Below, piece by piece: positions 29,153 to 37,912 of a DNA stretch of 64,000 nt. Made by a program: the position numbers and the translations under genes. Position 1 is the stretch's first letter; each line of letters opens with the position of its first letter. The stretch is from Polyangiales bacterium (GTDB lineage Bacteria; Myxococcota_A; Polyangia; Polyangiales; Polyangiaceae): positions 96,001 to 160,000 of the forward strand of contig JBBRLQ010000015.1 in assembly GCA_038231275.1 (NCBI GenBank). Reading direction: 5' to 3'. The notes beneath the pieces were generated by a model that did no database searches, was not told where the DNA came from, and worked only from the letters and a program-made list of their open reading frames with translations.

Positions 29153-30030
29153 GAGTCAGCGATGGAATGCGGCTCGAGAGCATGACGCAGCAACTCGCGC
29201 AGCTCTCGCAACGCGAGCTCACGGCGTCGCGACAGGCCTCGACGGGAATGCGCCTCAGCGCGCCCAGCGACGATCCGGTGGCGGCGGCGCAGGCGGCGCG
29301 CGTGCAGGCGTCCCTCGACGCGACGGACGGGTACCGGACCACGATCCGCGACGTGCGCGGAGACGTGGACCTCGCAGAGACCACGCTGGCGAGCGCCGGG
29401 GACATCCTTACGCGCGCCGGGGAGCTCGCGATGCAAGGCGCGAACGGCTCGCTGAACGCCAGCGACCGCGCGGCGCTCGGGCAAGAGGTCGCGCAACTGA
29501 AGGACCAGATGGTGACGCTCGCCAACGCGAAGGGCAGCACGGGCTACCTGTTCGGTGGGACGGCGAGCACCACGCCGCCGTTCGACGCCGCCGGGACATT
29601 TGCGGGAAATCCGAACGACCGCGTCGCGGCGGTGGGCGCCAACGTGAGCATGACGGTGAGCGTCAACGGAGCAACGGCCTTCACGGCGGCCGGCGGGCGC
29701 GACGTGTTCACCGAGCTCTCGAACCTCCAGACGGCGCTCTCCACGAACAACGTCGCCGCGCTCTCGCCGAGCGTCGCCACGCTGGACGGCGCGCGCCGCC
29801 AAGTCCTCGCCGCGCGCCTCGACGCCGGCACCAAGCTCGCGCGCCTCGACACCGCCGACGCCGCGCACCAGGCCGGCCAGACGACGCTCGCGACGCAGCG
29901 ATCGGGGCTCTTGCAGATCGATCCTGCGGCCGCGTACACGCAGCTCCAAGCGACGCAGGCCGCCGTCGAGCAGTCCATCGCCGTCGCGCGCAGCACGCTG
30001 GCGACGCTGTCGCAGAACCGATTCGGCTGA
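29149..30030 (+). CDS. flgL: Hook-associated protein FlgL
   Basis: STGMRLSAPSDDPV, YLFGG; follows flgK. Confidence 0.93.
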   Translation: MRVSDGMRLESMTQQLAQLSQRELTASRQASTGMRLSAPSDDPVAAAQAARVQASLDATDGYRTTIRDVRGDVDLAETTLASAGDILTRAGELAMQGANGSLNASDRAALGQEVAQLKDQMVTLANAKGSTGYLFGGTASTTPPFDAAGTFAGNPNDRVAAVGANVSMTVSVNGATAFTAAGGRDVFTELSNLQTALSTNNVAALSPSVATLDGARRQVLAARLDAGTKLARLDTADAAHQAGQTTLATQRSGLLQIDPAAAYTQLQATQAAVEQSIAVARSTLATLSQNRFG

Positions 30031-30033
30031 CGT

Positions 30034-30049
30034 TGGCACCTCCGGTGCA
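30034..30049 (+). promoter_or_regulatory. sigma54 promoter of csrA-maf-flagellin 1
   Basis: TGGCACCTCCGGTGCA. Confidence 0.8.
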
Positions 30050-30075
30050 TCGTTCCTCTCGAAGGAGACGGAACG

Positions 30076-30345
30076 ATGCTCATGATCTCGCGTCGCATCG
30101 GTGAAAGCATCTGCATTGGGGACGACGTCGAGATCGTCATCAAGGAGATCCACCGCCGTACCGTGAAGCTCGCCGTGAAGGCGGGCCCTCGCCAGTTGAT
30201 CCTCCGCGGTGAGCTGCGCGCGTCGATCGAGGCGGCAAACCGCGCCGCCACCACGACCGCGCCCGACTTCCAGCTGCCCGCGCCGGCGGCCGCGGCCGTG
30301 CACGCGTCGGAGCGGCCTCGCACGGTTCCCCCGGGGACGCCGTGA
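30076..30345 (+). CDS. csrA: Translational regulator CsrA
   Basis: MLMISRRIGESICIGDDVEI...ILRGEL with C-terminal extension. Confidence 0.93.
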   Translation: MLMISRRIGESICIGDDVEIVIKEIHRRTVKLAVKAGPRQLILRGELRASIEAANRAATTTAPDFQLPAPAAAAVHASERPRTVPPGTP

Positions 30346-32321
30346 ACGACGCGCCCGCCGGCGCGTTCGCGCGCGCGATGCTGGAAGGGAACGTCGAGGC
30401 CTTGGGCCTCACGGGCCTGAGCCTGCTCGCGCTTCGCGACGCGACCCCACGCGGGCGCTACGTGATCCTCGACGACGGCAGCCCGGCGATCGACCTCGGA
30501 GACATGCTCCTCGATCGCTCGGCCGATCCGCGCGCACACGAGGAGCTCCTCGCGTCGCTCGAGCGCACCGCGCAGGACGTCATCCTCTTGTTCGGCGTCG
30601 GCGCCGGGCACATCGCTCGCTCGCTGCGTGATCGCTCGCGCGCGAGCGTGATCATCTACGAGCCAGACCCCGGCGTCCTGCGCACGGTGCTCGAGGCCGG
30701 CCCCTGCGATCTCGGCGGCGTTCCCGTCGTGTGCGACATGAACGACCTGAAGGCGGTGTGGCAGCGTCACTCGCGCGCGCGTCCGGCGGCGACGACGGTG
30801 CAGACGCCCGGGTACGCCGAGGCGTTCCCCGCGGAGCTGGAGCGCGTCGTCGCGACCGTCCGCGAGATGCTGAACGACGAGCAGTGCGTAGAGAACACAC
30901 GTCGTGTGCGCTTCCGCCAGTGGATTGACAACCTCGTCGCCAACCTGCCGGCGGTCGCCGGCGCGGTGCCGTGCAACTCGCTCCGCGGCCGCTTCGCGGG
31001 GATGCCCGCGTTCGTGGTCGGCGCCGGCCCGTCGCTCGACGTCAACATCGAGGTGCTCCGGGAGGCGAAGAAGCGCGGCCTCGTCATCGCGGTGAACAGC
31101 AGCGCGTCGGCGCTCGCGGCGGCCGGGATCGCTCCGGACGTCATCGTCTGCATCGAGTCCCTCGACCTCTCGGCGAAGCTCGCTGCGCTCCCCTTCATCG
31201 AGGACGTCCCGCGCATCTTCAGCCTCTCGTCGCATCCCAACAACCTCGCGGTCGGAAGCGGTCCGCTCCTGCCGGTGATCGAGAAGCTCCCGGCGTTCGA
31301 GACCGTGAGCGAGCTGCTCCGTGGCCCCGGCGCCGAGGTCGGCGGCAGCGTCTCCACCGTCGCGTTCTGGGTGGCCAAGCTGCTCGGCTGCTCACCGCTC
31401 GTCCTCGTGGGACAGGATCTCGCCTTCACCGGCTACGGCACCTACGCGAAGGGCACGAGCTACGAAGAGAGCCGAGCGGTGGTTGGCGCCGACGGAAAGA
31501 CGCTGGAATTCGTGTGGAACGACGCGATCACCAAAGCGCACGGCACCGCCGCAGGTCCACTCGCGAAGCGCGCCGATCTCGTCATGGTCGACGCGTGGGG
31601 CGGCGAGGGACTCGTGCCCTCGGGCGTCATGTTCGCGTCCTTCCGCGCGTGGTTCGAGGTCGCCGCCGCGGTGTTCGCGGTGACCGATCCCGAGATCACG
31701 CTCGTCAACGCGACCGAGGGCGGCTCGCGCATCCACGGTTTCGCCGAGGAGCGCCTCGCGGATCTCGTCGCGAAGCTGCCGGTTCGTGACGTCCCGCCGG
31801 CCGACGAGCTCGCGCGCCTCGCGCGGAGGGAGCTCCCGGTCACGTCGCGCGAGCTCGCGGGGTGGGCCGAGAAGCAAGCCAACCTCGCGCGCCAGGCGTG
31901 CCGCGCGGCCCGACGCGTCGGCGTCTGCGCCGCGCACGCGATTGACCTGCTCGAGAAAGGCGCCGAACCCGACGCCATGAATCGCGCGTTCGACGCGGTC
32001 GATCGCGCGGAGACCTACCTCCGCAAGACGACGAAGGCCCAACCCTTGCTGGAGGGTCTCGCGTACGCCGAGGTCCAGGCGCGGATGGAGCCTCACGCGT
32101 CGTGCGATGCCTCCGATTCGCGCGCCTCTGCGCTCGCGTCTCTCCGCGACGAGGTCGCGCTCGCCGCGACCCTCGTAACCAACGCCACTCACCTCGAGCG
32201 CGTCTTGCGCACGATCCCCCGAACGCATTCGCCTCGAACCCCCGAAAGGAAGTCACGTCATGGCCATCATCATGCAGACGAACGTTGCGTCTCTCCAAGC
32301 GCAGCAGAACCTGACCCGTAA
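30342..32321 (+). CDS. Maf (DUF115 / MAF_flag10) family flagellin glycosyltransferase
   Basis: FVVGAGPSLD, GGSVST, LGCSPLVLVGQDLAF, VNATEGG; between csrA and flagellins. Confidence 0.85.
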   Translation: MNDAPAGAFARAMLEGNVEALGLTGLSLLALRDATPRGRYVILDDGSPAIDLGDMLLDRSADPRAHEELLASLERTAQDVILLFGVGAGHIARSLRDRSRASVIIYEPDPGVLRTVLEAGPCDLGGVPVVCDMNDLKAVWQRHSRARPAATTVQTPGYAEAFPAELERVVATVREMLNDEQCVENTRRVRFRQWIDNLVANLPAVAGAVPCNSLRGRFAGMPAFVVGAGPSLDVNIEVLREAKKRGLVIAVNSSASALAAAGIAPDVIVCIESLDLSAKLAALPFIEDVPRIFSLSSHPNNLAVGSGPLLPVIEKLPAFETVSELLRGPGAEVGGSVSTVAFWVAKLLGCSPLVLVGQDLAFTGYGTYAKGTSYEESRAVVGADGKTLEFVWNDAITKAHGTAAGPLAKRADLVMVDAWGGEGLVPSGVMFASFRAWFEVAAAVFAVTDPEITLVNATEGGSRIHGFAEERLADLVAKLPVRDVPPADELARLARRELPVTSRELAGWAEKQANLARQACRAARRVGVCAAHAIDLLEKGAEPDAMNRAFDAVDRAETYLRKTTKAQPLLEGLAYAEVQARMEPHASCDASDSRASALASLRDEVALAATLVTNATHLERVLRTIPRTHSPRTPERKSRHGHHHADERCVSPSAAEPDP

Positions 32322-33087
32322 CCAAGGCGCGCTCGCCATGAGCTTCAACAAGCTCTCGAGCGGCTTCCGTATCAACACCGCCGCGGACGACGCCGCGGGT
32401 CTCGCCATCAGCGAGAGCATGAAGGCGCAGATTCGCTCGTACTCGGTCGCCGAGCGCAACGCGAACGACGCGATCTCGATGGCGCAGACGGCGGAAGGCG
32501 CGCTCGGCGAGGTCTCCGGCATCGTGACCCGCATGCGCGAGCTCGCCATGCAAGGCGCGAACGGCTCGCTCCAGACGAGCGACCGCTCCTACCTCGACAC
32601 CGAGTTCCAGTCCCTCAAGGCGGAAATTTCGCGCATCCAGGGGTCCACGACGTTCAACGGCGTGAACCTCCTCCAGCAGACGGCGGCGGCGGTCGACTTC
32701 CAGGTCGGCATCAATACCGCGGCGAACAACCGCATCTCGATCACCTTCGGCGGCGTGGACCTCACCGCGCTCCTCACGGCGACGAACACGCTCGCCGGGA
32801 CCGCCGGCAACTCGCGCGGCCTCTTGACCACGCTCGACAACTCGATCCGCACGATCTCCACCGGACGCGCGCGCTTCGGCGCTGCGATGAACCGCCTCCA
32901 GATCACGACGAGCAACCTCGAGACGATCCGCACCAACACCTCCGCCGCCAACTCGCGCATCCGCGACGTCGACGTCGCCGAGGAGACCTCGATGATGGCG
33001 CGCAACCAGGTGCTCGCGCAGGCCGGCTCCGCCGTTCTCGCGCAAGCGAATCAGCTGCCGCAAATCGCACTCGGTCTGCTCAAGTAG
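32260..33087 (+). CDS. fliC: Flagellin 1 (275 aa)
   Basis: KLSSGFRINTAADDAAGLAISE, SRIRDVDVAEE. Confidence 0.98.
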   Translation: MAIIMQTNVASLQAQQNLTRNQGALAMSFNKLSSGFRINTAADDAAGLAISESMKAQIRSYSVAERNANDAISMAQTAEGALGEVSGIVTRMRELAMQGANGSLQTSDRSYLDTEFQSLKAEISRIQGSTTFNGVNLLQQTAAAVDFQVGINTAANNRISITFGGVDLTALLTATNTLAGTAGNSRGLLTTLDNSIRTISTGRARFGAAMNRLQITTSNLETIRTNTSAANSRIRDVDVAEETSMMARNQVLAQAGSAVLAQANQLPQIALGLLK

Positions 33088-33106
33088 TCTGACGGACCTC
33101 CGTTCA
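33080..33106 (+). promoter_or_regulatory. sigma28 promoter of flagellin 2 (-35 overlaps last codons of flagellin 1)
   Basis: TCAA-N15-TCCGTTCA. Confidence 0.75.
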
Positions 33107-33182
33107 GGAGAGATGCAGCGGCCGAAAGGCTGCCGCCGGGCGCAAGACGCACCCGTAACCATCTCCAAGAAGGAGGCTCACC

Positions 33183-34010
33183 ATGGCTCTCGTCGTTCAG
33201 ACCAACGTAGCGTCGCTCCAGGCCCAGAAGAATCTCGCCACCACGCAGAAGATGCTCGCGAGCAGCTTTACCAAGCTGTCGAGTGGCTACCGCATCAACA
33301 CCGCCGCGGACGACGCGGCCGGCCTCGCCATCAGCGAGAGCATGAAGATGCAGATCCGTTCGTTCGGCGTCGCCGAGCGCAACGCCAACGACGCCATCAG
33401 CATGGCGCAGACGGCGGAAGGCAGCTTGGGCGAGGTCAGCGGCATCCTCGGCCGCATGCGCGAGCTCGCGATGCAAGGAGCCAACGGCTCGCTCCAGACG
33501 AGCGACCGCGGCTACCTCGACACCGAGTTCCAGTCGCTCAAGAGCGAGATCACGCGCATCCAGGGCTCGACCACGTTCAACAACCAGCAGCTGCTGCAGA
33601 CGGCCGCGTCGACGGTCGCGTTCCAGATCGGTATCAACACCGGCTCGAACAACCAAATCTCGATCACCTTCGGCAACCTGAACCTCGCGGCGCTCCTGAC
33701 CACGACGAACAAGGTCGCGGGCACCGCCGGCAACTCGCAGAGCGCGATCAACCAGATCGACGCCGCGTTGAAGACGATCTCGACGACCCGCGCCGTGTTC
33801 GGCGCCGCGATGAACCGTCTGGCGATCACCACCTCGAACCTCCAGACCATCAGCACGAACACGTCGGCCGCGAACTCGCGCATCCGTGACGTGGACGTCG
33901 CCGAGGAGACCTCGGCGATGAGCCGCGAGCAAGTCCTCGCACAGGCAGGCGCTTCGGTGCTCGCGCAAGCGAACCAGGCACCGCAGCTCGCGCTGTCGCT
34001 GCTCCGGTAG
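33183..34010 (+). CDS. fliC: Flagellin 2 (275 aa)
   Basis: Conserved flagellin N- and C-termini; SD AGGAGG. Confidence 0.98.
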   Translation: MALVVQTNVASLQAQKNLATTQKMLASSFTKLSSGYRINTAADDAAGLAISESMKMQIRSFGVAERNANDAISMAQTAEGSLGEVSGILGRMRELAMQGANGSLQTSDRGYLDTEFQSLKSEITRIQGSTTFNNQQLLQTAASTVAFQIGINTGSNNQISITFGNLNLAALLTTTNKVAGTAGNSQSAINQIDAALKTISTTRAVFGAAMNRLAITTSNLQTISTNTSAANSRIRDVDVAEETSAMSREQVLAQAGASVLAQANQAPQLALSLLR

Positions 34011-34044
34011 CCGACGCCGACGAGAGGTCGGCCCACGAACGTAT

Positions 34045-34078
34045 GAAACGCGCGACCGCACCCACGGTCGCGCGTTTC
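34045..34078 (+). terminator. Stem-loop after flagellin 2
   Basis: Perfect 14-bp inverted repeat GAAACGCGCGACCG-N6-CGGTCGCGCGTTTC. Confidence 0.7.
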
Positions 34079-34098
34079 GACGTTTAAGGCGGAAAGTT

Positions 34099-34125
34099 TC
34101 AAGGTTTTCCCACCGACACCGTTCG
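34099..34125 (+). promoter_or_regulatory. sigma28 promoter of flagellin 3
   Basis: TCAA-N15-ACCGTTCG. Confidence 0.75.
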
Positions 34126-34182
34126 GTCTCAATACGAGCCACGCGGCTCGCGCGGGAGCAAGGCTGCTCCCGCATTCGATTC

Positions 34183-34198
34183 ACCTCATGGAGGAGGT
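34183..34198 (+). promoter_or_regulatory. CsrA-type hairpin over flagellin 3 SD
   Basis: ACCTC-ATGGAG-GAGGT, ANGGA in hexaloop. Confidence 0.65.
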
Positions 34199-34203
34199 CC
34201 ATC

Positions 34204-35031
34204 ATGTCCATCGTCGTCCAGACCAACGTTGCGTCGCTTCAGGCCCAGAAGAATCTCTCGATGAACCAGAAGGCGCTCGCCGCGAGCTTCAACAAGCTCT
34301 CCAGCGGGTACCGCATCAACAGTGCATCCGACGACGCGGCTGGTCTCGCGATCAGCGAGTCGATGAAGATGCAGATCCGGTCGTTCTCCGTCGCCGAGCG
34401 CAACGCCAACGACGCCATCAGCATGGCGCAGACGGCGGAAGGCAGCCTCGGCGAGGTGAGCGGCATCCTCGGCCGCATGCGCGAGCTCGCAATGCAGGGC
34501 AGCAACGGCAGCCTCCAGACGGGCGATCGCGGCTACCTGAACACCGAGTTCCAGTCCATGAAGTCGGAAATTTCGCGCATCCAGAACTCGACCTCGTTCA
34601 ACAACATCGCTCTCCTCAAGACCGCCGCCTCGACGGTCGCGTTCCAGGTCGGCATCAACACGGGTGCGAACAACCAGATCTCGATCACCTTTGGCAACAT
34701 CAACCTGGCGGCGCTCCTCACCACGACGAACCAGGTCGGCGGCACCGCCGGCAACTCGTCCTCGGCGCTCACCGCCATCGACAACGCGCTGAAGACGGTC
34801 TCCACCTCGCGCGCGACGTTCGGCGCGGCGATGAACCGCCTCTCGGTCACGACCTCGAACCTCCAGACCGTCAGCACCAACATCTCGGCCGCCAACTCGC
34901 GCATCCGCGACGTCGACGTCGCCGAGGAGACCGCCTCGATGTCCCGCGAGCAGGTGCTTGCCCAGGCCGGCGCGTCGGTCTTGGCGCAGGCGAACCAGTC
35001 CCCGCAGTTCGCGCTGACGCTCCTCCGATAA
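34204..35031 (+). CDS. fliC: Flagellin 3 (275 aa)
   Basis: Conserved flagellin termini. Confidence 0.98.
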   Translation: MSIVVQTNVASLQAQKNLSMNQKALAASFNKLSSGYRINSASDDAAGLAISESMKMQIRSFSVAERNANDAISMAQTAEGSLGEVSGILGRMRELAMQGSNGSLQTGDRGYLNTEFQSMKSEISRIQNSTSFNNIALLKTAASTVAFQVGINTGANNQISITFGNINLAALLTTTNQVGGTAGNSSSALTAIDNALKTVSTSRATFGAAMNRLSVTTSNLQTVSTNISAANSRIRDVDVAEETASMSREQVLAQAGASVLAQANQSPQFALTLLR

Positions 35032-35052
35032 TCGCTCTTCTCGTCTCGCTTC

Positions 35053-35096
35053 GAGCGCGCGCCTGTCCCTCGTGGAACGGCGCGCGTTTTCCTTTT
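35053..35096 (+). terminator. Rho-independent terminator after flagellin 3
   Basis: AGCGCGCGCC...GGCGCGCGTT followed by T-rich tract. Confidence 0.65.
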
Positions 35097-35160
35097 GTCC
35101 ACCCGCAACGGCGGCGCAAGAACGGAGACGCCGGATCGCTCGGGTTCTTAAGCGCCGCGT

Positions 35161-35187
35161 TCAAGGATTTTTCGTCGCCTCCGTTCA
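35161..35187 (+). promoter_or_regulatory. sigma28 promoter of flagellin 4
   Basis: TCAA-N15-TCCGTTCA. Confidence 0.75.
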
Positions 35188-35266
35188 TCTGGGCTACGGG
35201 CCCCACGGGCCTGGCGCGGGCGCAGGGCTGCTCCCGTGAAACGGAACTCATGGAGGAGGCTCACTC

Positions 35267-36095
35267 ATGTCCATCGTCGTCCAAACCAACGTCGCGTCGC
35301 TCCAGGCACAGAAGAACCTCTCCACGAACCAAAAGGCGCTCGCGGCCAGCTTCAACAAGCTGTCCAGCGGCTACCGCATCAACAGCGCGTCCGACGACGC
35401 CGCCGGGCTCGCCATCAGCGAGTCGATGAAGATGCAGATCCGCTCGTTCGGCGTCGCCGAGCGCAACGCCAACGACGCCATCAGCATGGCGCAGACGGCG
35501 GAAGGCAGCTTGGGCGAGGTCAGCGGCATCCTCGGCCGCATGCGCGAGCTCGCGATGCAGGGCAGCAACGGCAGCCTCCAGACGAGCGACCGCGGCTACC
35601 TCGACACCGAGTTCCAGCAGATGAAGTCGGAAATTCAGCGGATCCAGGGGTCGACCACGTTCAACAACGTGAAGATCCTCCAGACCGCGGCGTCGACGCT
35701 CAACTTCCAGGTCGGCATCAACACCGGTGCGAACAACCAGATCTCGATCACGTTCGGCAACATCGACCTCGGGGGGCTCCTCACCACGACGAACAAGGTG
35801 AGCGGCACCGCCGGCAACTCGTCGTCGGCCCTCACCGCCATCGACAACGCGCTGAAGACGGTCTCCACCTCGCGAGCGACGTTCGGCGCCGCGATGAACC
35901 GCCTACAGGTCACCACCAGTAACCTGCAGACCGTCAGCACGAACATCTCGGCCGCGAACTCGCGCATTCGTTGACGTCGACGTCGCCGAGGAGACCGCCT
36001 CGATGTCCCGCGAGCAGGTCCTCGCGCAGGCGGGCGCGTCGGTGCTGGCGCAGGCGAACCAATCACCTCAATTCGCCCTAACGCTTCTCCGATAA
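35267..36095 (+). pseudogene. fliC: Flagellin 4 with +1 frameshift (or sequencing error)
   Basis: 829 nt vs 828 in paralogs; extra T at 35971-35972 gives ATT CGT TGA; the remaining 40 codons continue intact in the next frame to TAA 36093-36095. Confidence 0.9.
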
Positions 36096-36139
36096 GCGTC
36101 GTTCAACCTAAGCAGACGCGTGCCGACCGGCGGTTCGGG

Positions 36140-36155
36140 CGGCACGCGGATTGCT
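36140..36155 (+). promoter_or_regulatory. sigma54 promoter of fliD-fliS
   Basis: CGGCACGCGGATTGCT. Confidence 0.8.
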
Positions 36156-36171
36156 GATCTGAAGAGCACAC

Positions 36172-37530
36172 ATGTCCTCCGTCACTTCCCCCACCATCAC
36201 CTTCGGCGGAGTCGGCTCCGGCATCGACGTCGAGGGGATCATCACGGGGTTGGTCAACGCCAACAAGGCGACGCTCAACTCGCTCAATTCTCGCTCCCAA
36301 GGCTTCAAAAGCGCCGCCTCGACCCTGTCGGGCGTCGGCACCACGCTGTCGAACCTGAAGGCTGCGGCGGACGCGCTGAAGGGCCTGCAGGACGTCGCCA
36401 GCTTCACCGCCACCTCGAGCAATACGGCCGCGATCGTCGCGACGGCCGCGGGCAACGCGCAGCCCGGCAACTACGCGATTCAAGTGAACAGCCTCGCGGT
36501 GGAGCAGCGCACCTACAGCGCCGCCTTTGCATCGAACAGCGATGCGCTCGGGCAGTCCGGCCCCTTGACGATCAACGTCGGCGCCTCTTCCGTGCAAATC
36601 GCCGTCAACGGCTCCGATTCGCTGGCGAGCATCGCCACCAAGATCAACGGCGCCGGTCTGCGTGTCGCCGCGTCCGTCTTCTACGACGGCGCGAAGTACC
36701 GGTTGCAGGTGCGCGGCCTTGACACAGGGGCCGCCAACGCCGTGACGTTCAACGAGACGGGCACTGCGCTCGACCTCAACGGCGACGGCTCGGTGCCCGA
36801 CGGCGGCAAGACCGTCCAGACCGCGAGCGACGCGTCGGTGACCGTCGACGGCTTCACGGTGACGCGCCCGACCAACCAGATCGTGGGGCTGATCCCTGGC
36901 GTGACCATCGCCGTGGCCCAAAAGACCACGTCGCCGGTCAGCGTCGCCATCGCCTCCGATCCGAACGCGCTGGCGGCGAAGATCAACGCCGTCGTCGGCG
37001 CCTACAACGCCGCCGTGAACCAGGTCCACAACATCGCCGGCTACGGGAGCAACAAGCCGCAGGTCGCGCAGCTCGCGGGGGACTCGGCGCTTCGGACGAT
37101 CACGAACAACCTGTCGCAGACGATGGCGCAGGCGCAGCTCGGACAAGGCACGATCGCGACGTTGTCGCAGCTCGGTCTCCAGCAGACGCGCGACGGCACG
37201 CTCCAGTTCGACAGCTCGAAGCTGGCGGCGGCGCTCACGCAGGATCCGACGAGCGTGGAGAAGCTCCTCGGGCGCGCGTCGGGGGCGACGACGGGCGGCG
37301 CGATGGCGAACCTCAGCGATCTCGTGAAGAACATCACCGACTCGGTGAGCGGCGTGCTCACGCTGCGGTCGAAGGCGCTGACCGATCAGGCGAAGAAGCT
37401 CGACGCACAGGCCGTCGCAGAGCAGACGCGCCTCGACGACTACACCAGGAAGCTCCGCACACAGTTCAGCGCGATGGATACCGCAGTCGCCGCGAATCAC
37501 GCGCTCTTGACCCAGCTCTCGAGGATCTGA
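36172..37530 (+). CDS. fliD: Filament cap FliD
   Basis: GVGSGIDVEGII, LAGDSALR, LRTQFSAMD. Confidence 0.95.
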   Translation: MSSVTSPTITFGGVGSGIDVEGIITGLVNANKATLNSLNSRSQGFKSAASTLSGVGTTLSNLKAAADALKGLQDVASFTATSSNTAAIVATAAGNAQPGNYAIQVNSLAVEQRTYSAAFASNSDALGQSGPLTINVGASSVQIAVNGSDSLASIATKINGAGLRVAASVFYDGAKYRLQVRGLDTGAANAVTFNETGTALDLNGDGSVPDGGKTVQTASDASVTVDGFTVTRPTNQIVGLIPGVTIAVAQKTTSPVSVAIASDPNALAAKINAVVGAYNAAVNQVHNIAGYGSNKPQVAQLAGDSALRTITNNLSQTMAQAQLGQGTIATLSQLGLQQTRDGTLQFDSSKLAAALTQDPTSVEKLLGRASGATTGGAMANLSDLVKNITDSVSGVLTLRSKALTDQAKKLDAQAVAEQTRLDDYTRKLRTQFSAMDTAVAANHALLTQLSRI

Positions 37531-37534
37531 TCCG

Positions 37535-37912
37535 ATGCTCAAGACCTCGCAGCGCTACCAGACCGTCCAGATCACCACCGCCAGCCCGGGGGAGCTGCTC
37601 GTCACGGTGTTCGACGGGCTCCTGCGCTTCTTGAACGTGGCGCGCATGGGCCTCGCGAACGGGAAACGCGCGCAGGCGGGCGAGGCGATCGGCAAGGCGC
37701 ACGCGATCCTGACCGAGCTGACGGTGTCGCTCGATCACCAGCACGCGCCGGCGCTCTGCGCGAACCTGACGGCGCTCTACGAGTTCAGCATGGGGCGCCT
37801 GACGCAGGCGAACCTCAAGAGCGATCCGACGAAGATCGACGAGATCATCCGAGTGCTCTCACCGATCCGCGAGGCGTTCACCACGGTGGTCCGCAACGGG
37901 GCCGGCAAGTGA
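37535..37912 (+). CDS. fliS: Flagellin chaperone FliS
   Basis: TASPGELLVTVFDG, ILTELTVSLD, NLTALYEF. Confidence 0.95.
   Translation: MLKTSQRYQTVQITTASPGELLVTVFDGLLRFLNVARMGLANGKRAQAGEAIGKAHAILTELTVSLDHQHAPALCANLTALYEFSMGRLTQANLKSDPTKIDEIIRVLSPIREAFTTVVRNGAGK

Noticed and set aside
33107..33165. c-di-GMP-I (GEMM) riboswitch in the flagellin 2 leader (GAAA hairpin followed by GGGCGCAA)
   Set aside because: The 5' GGCAAA element and the second stem with tetraloop receptor are not recognisable; an Rfam scan would settle it
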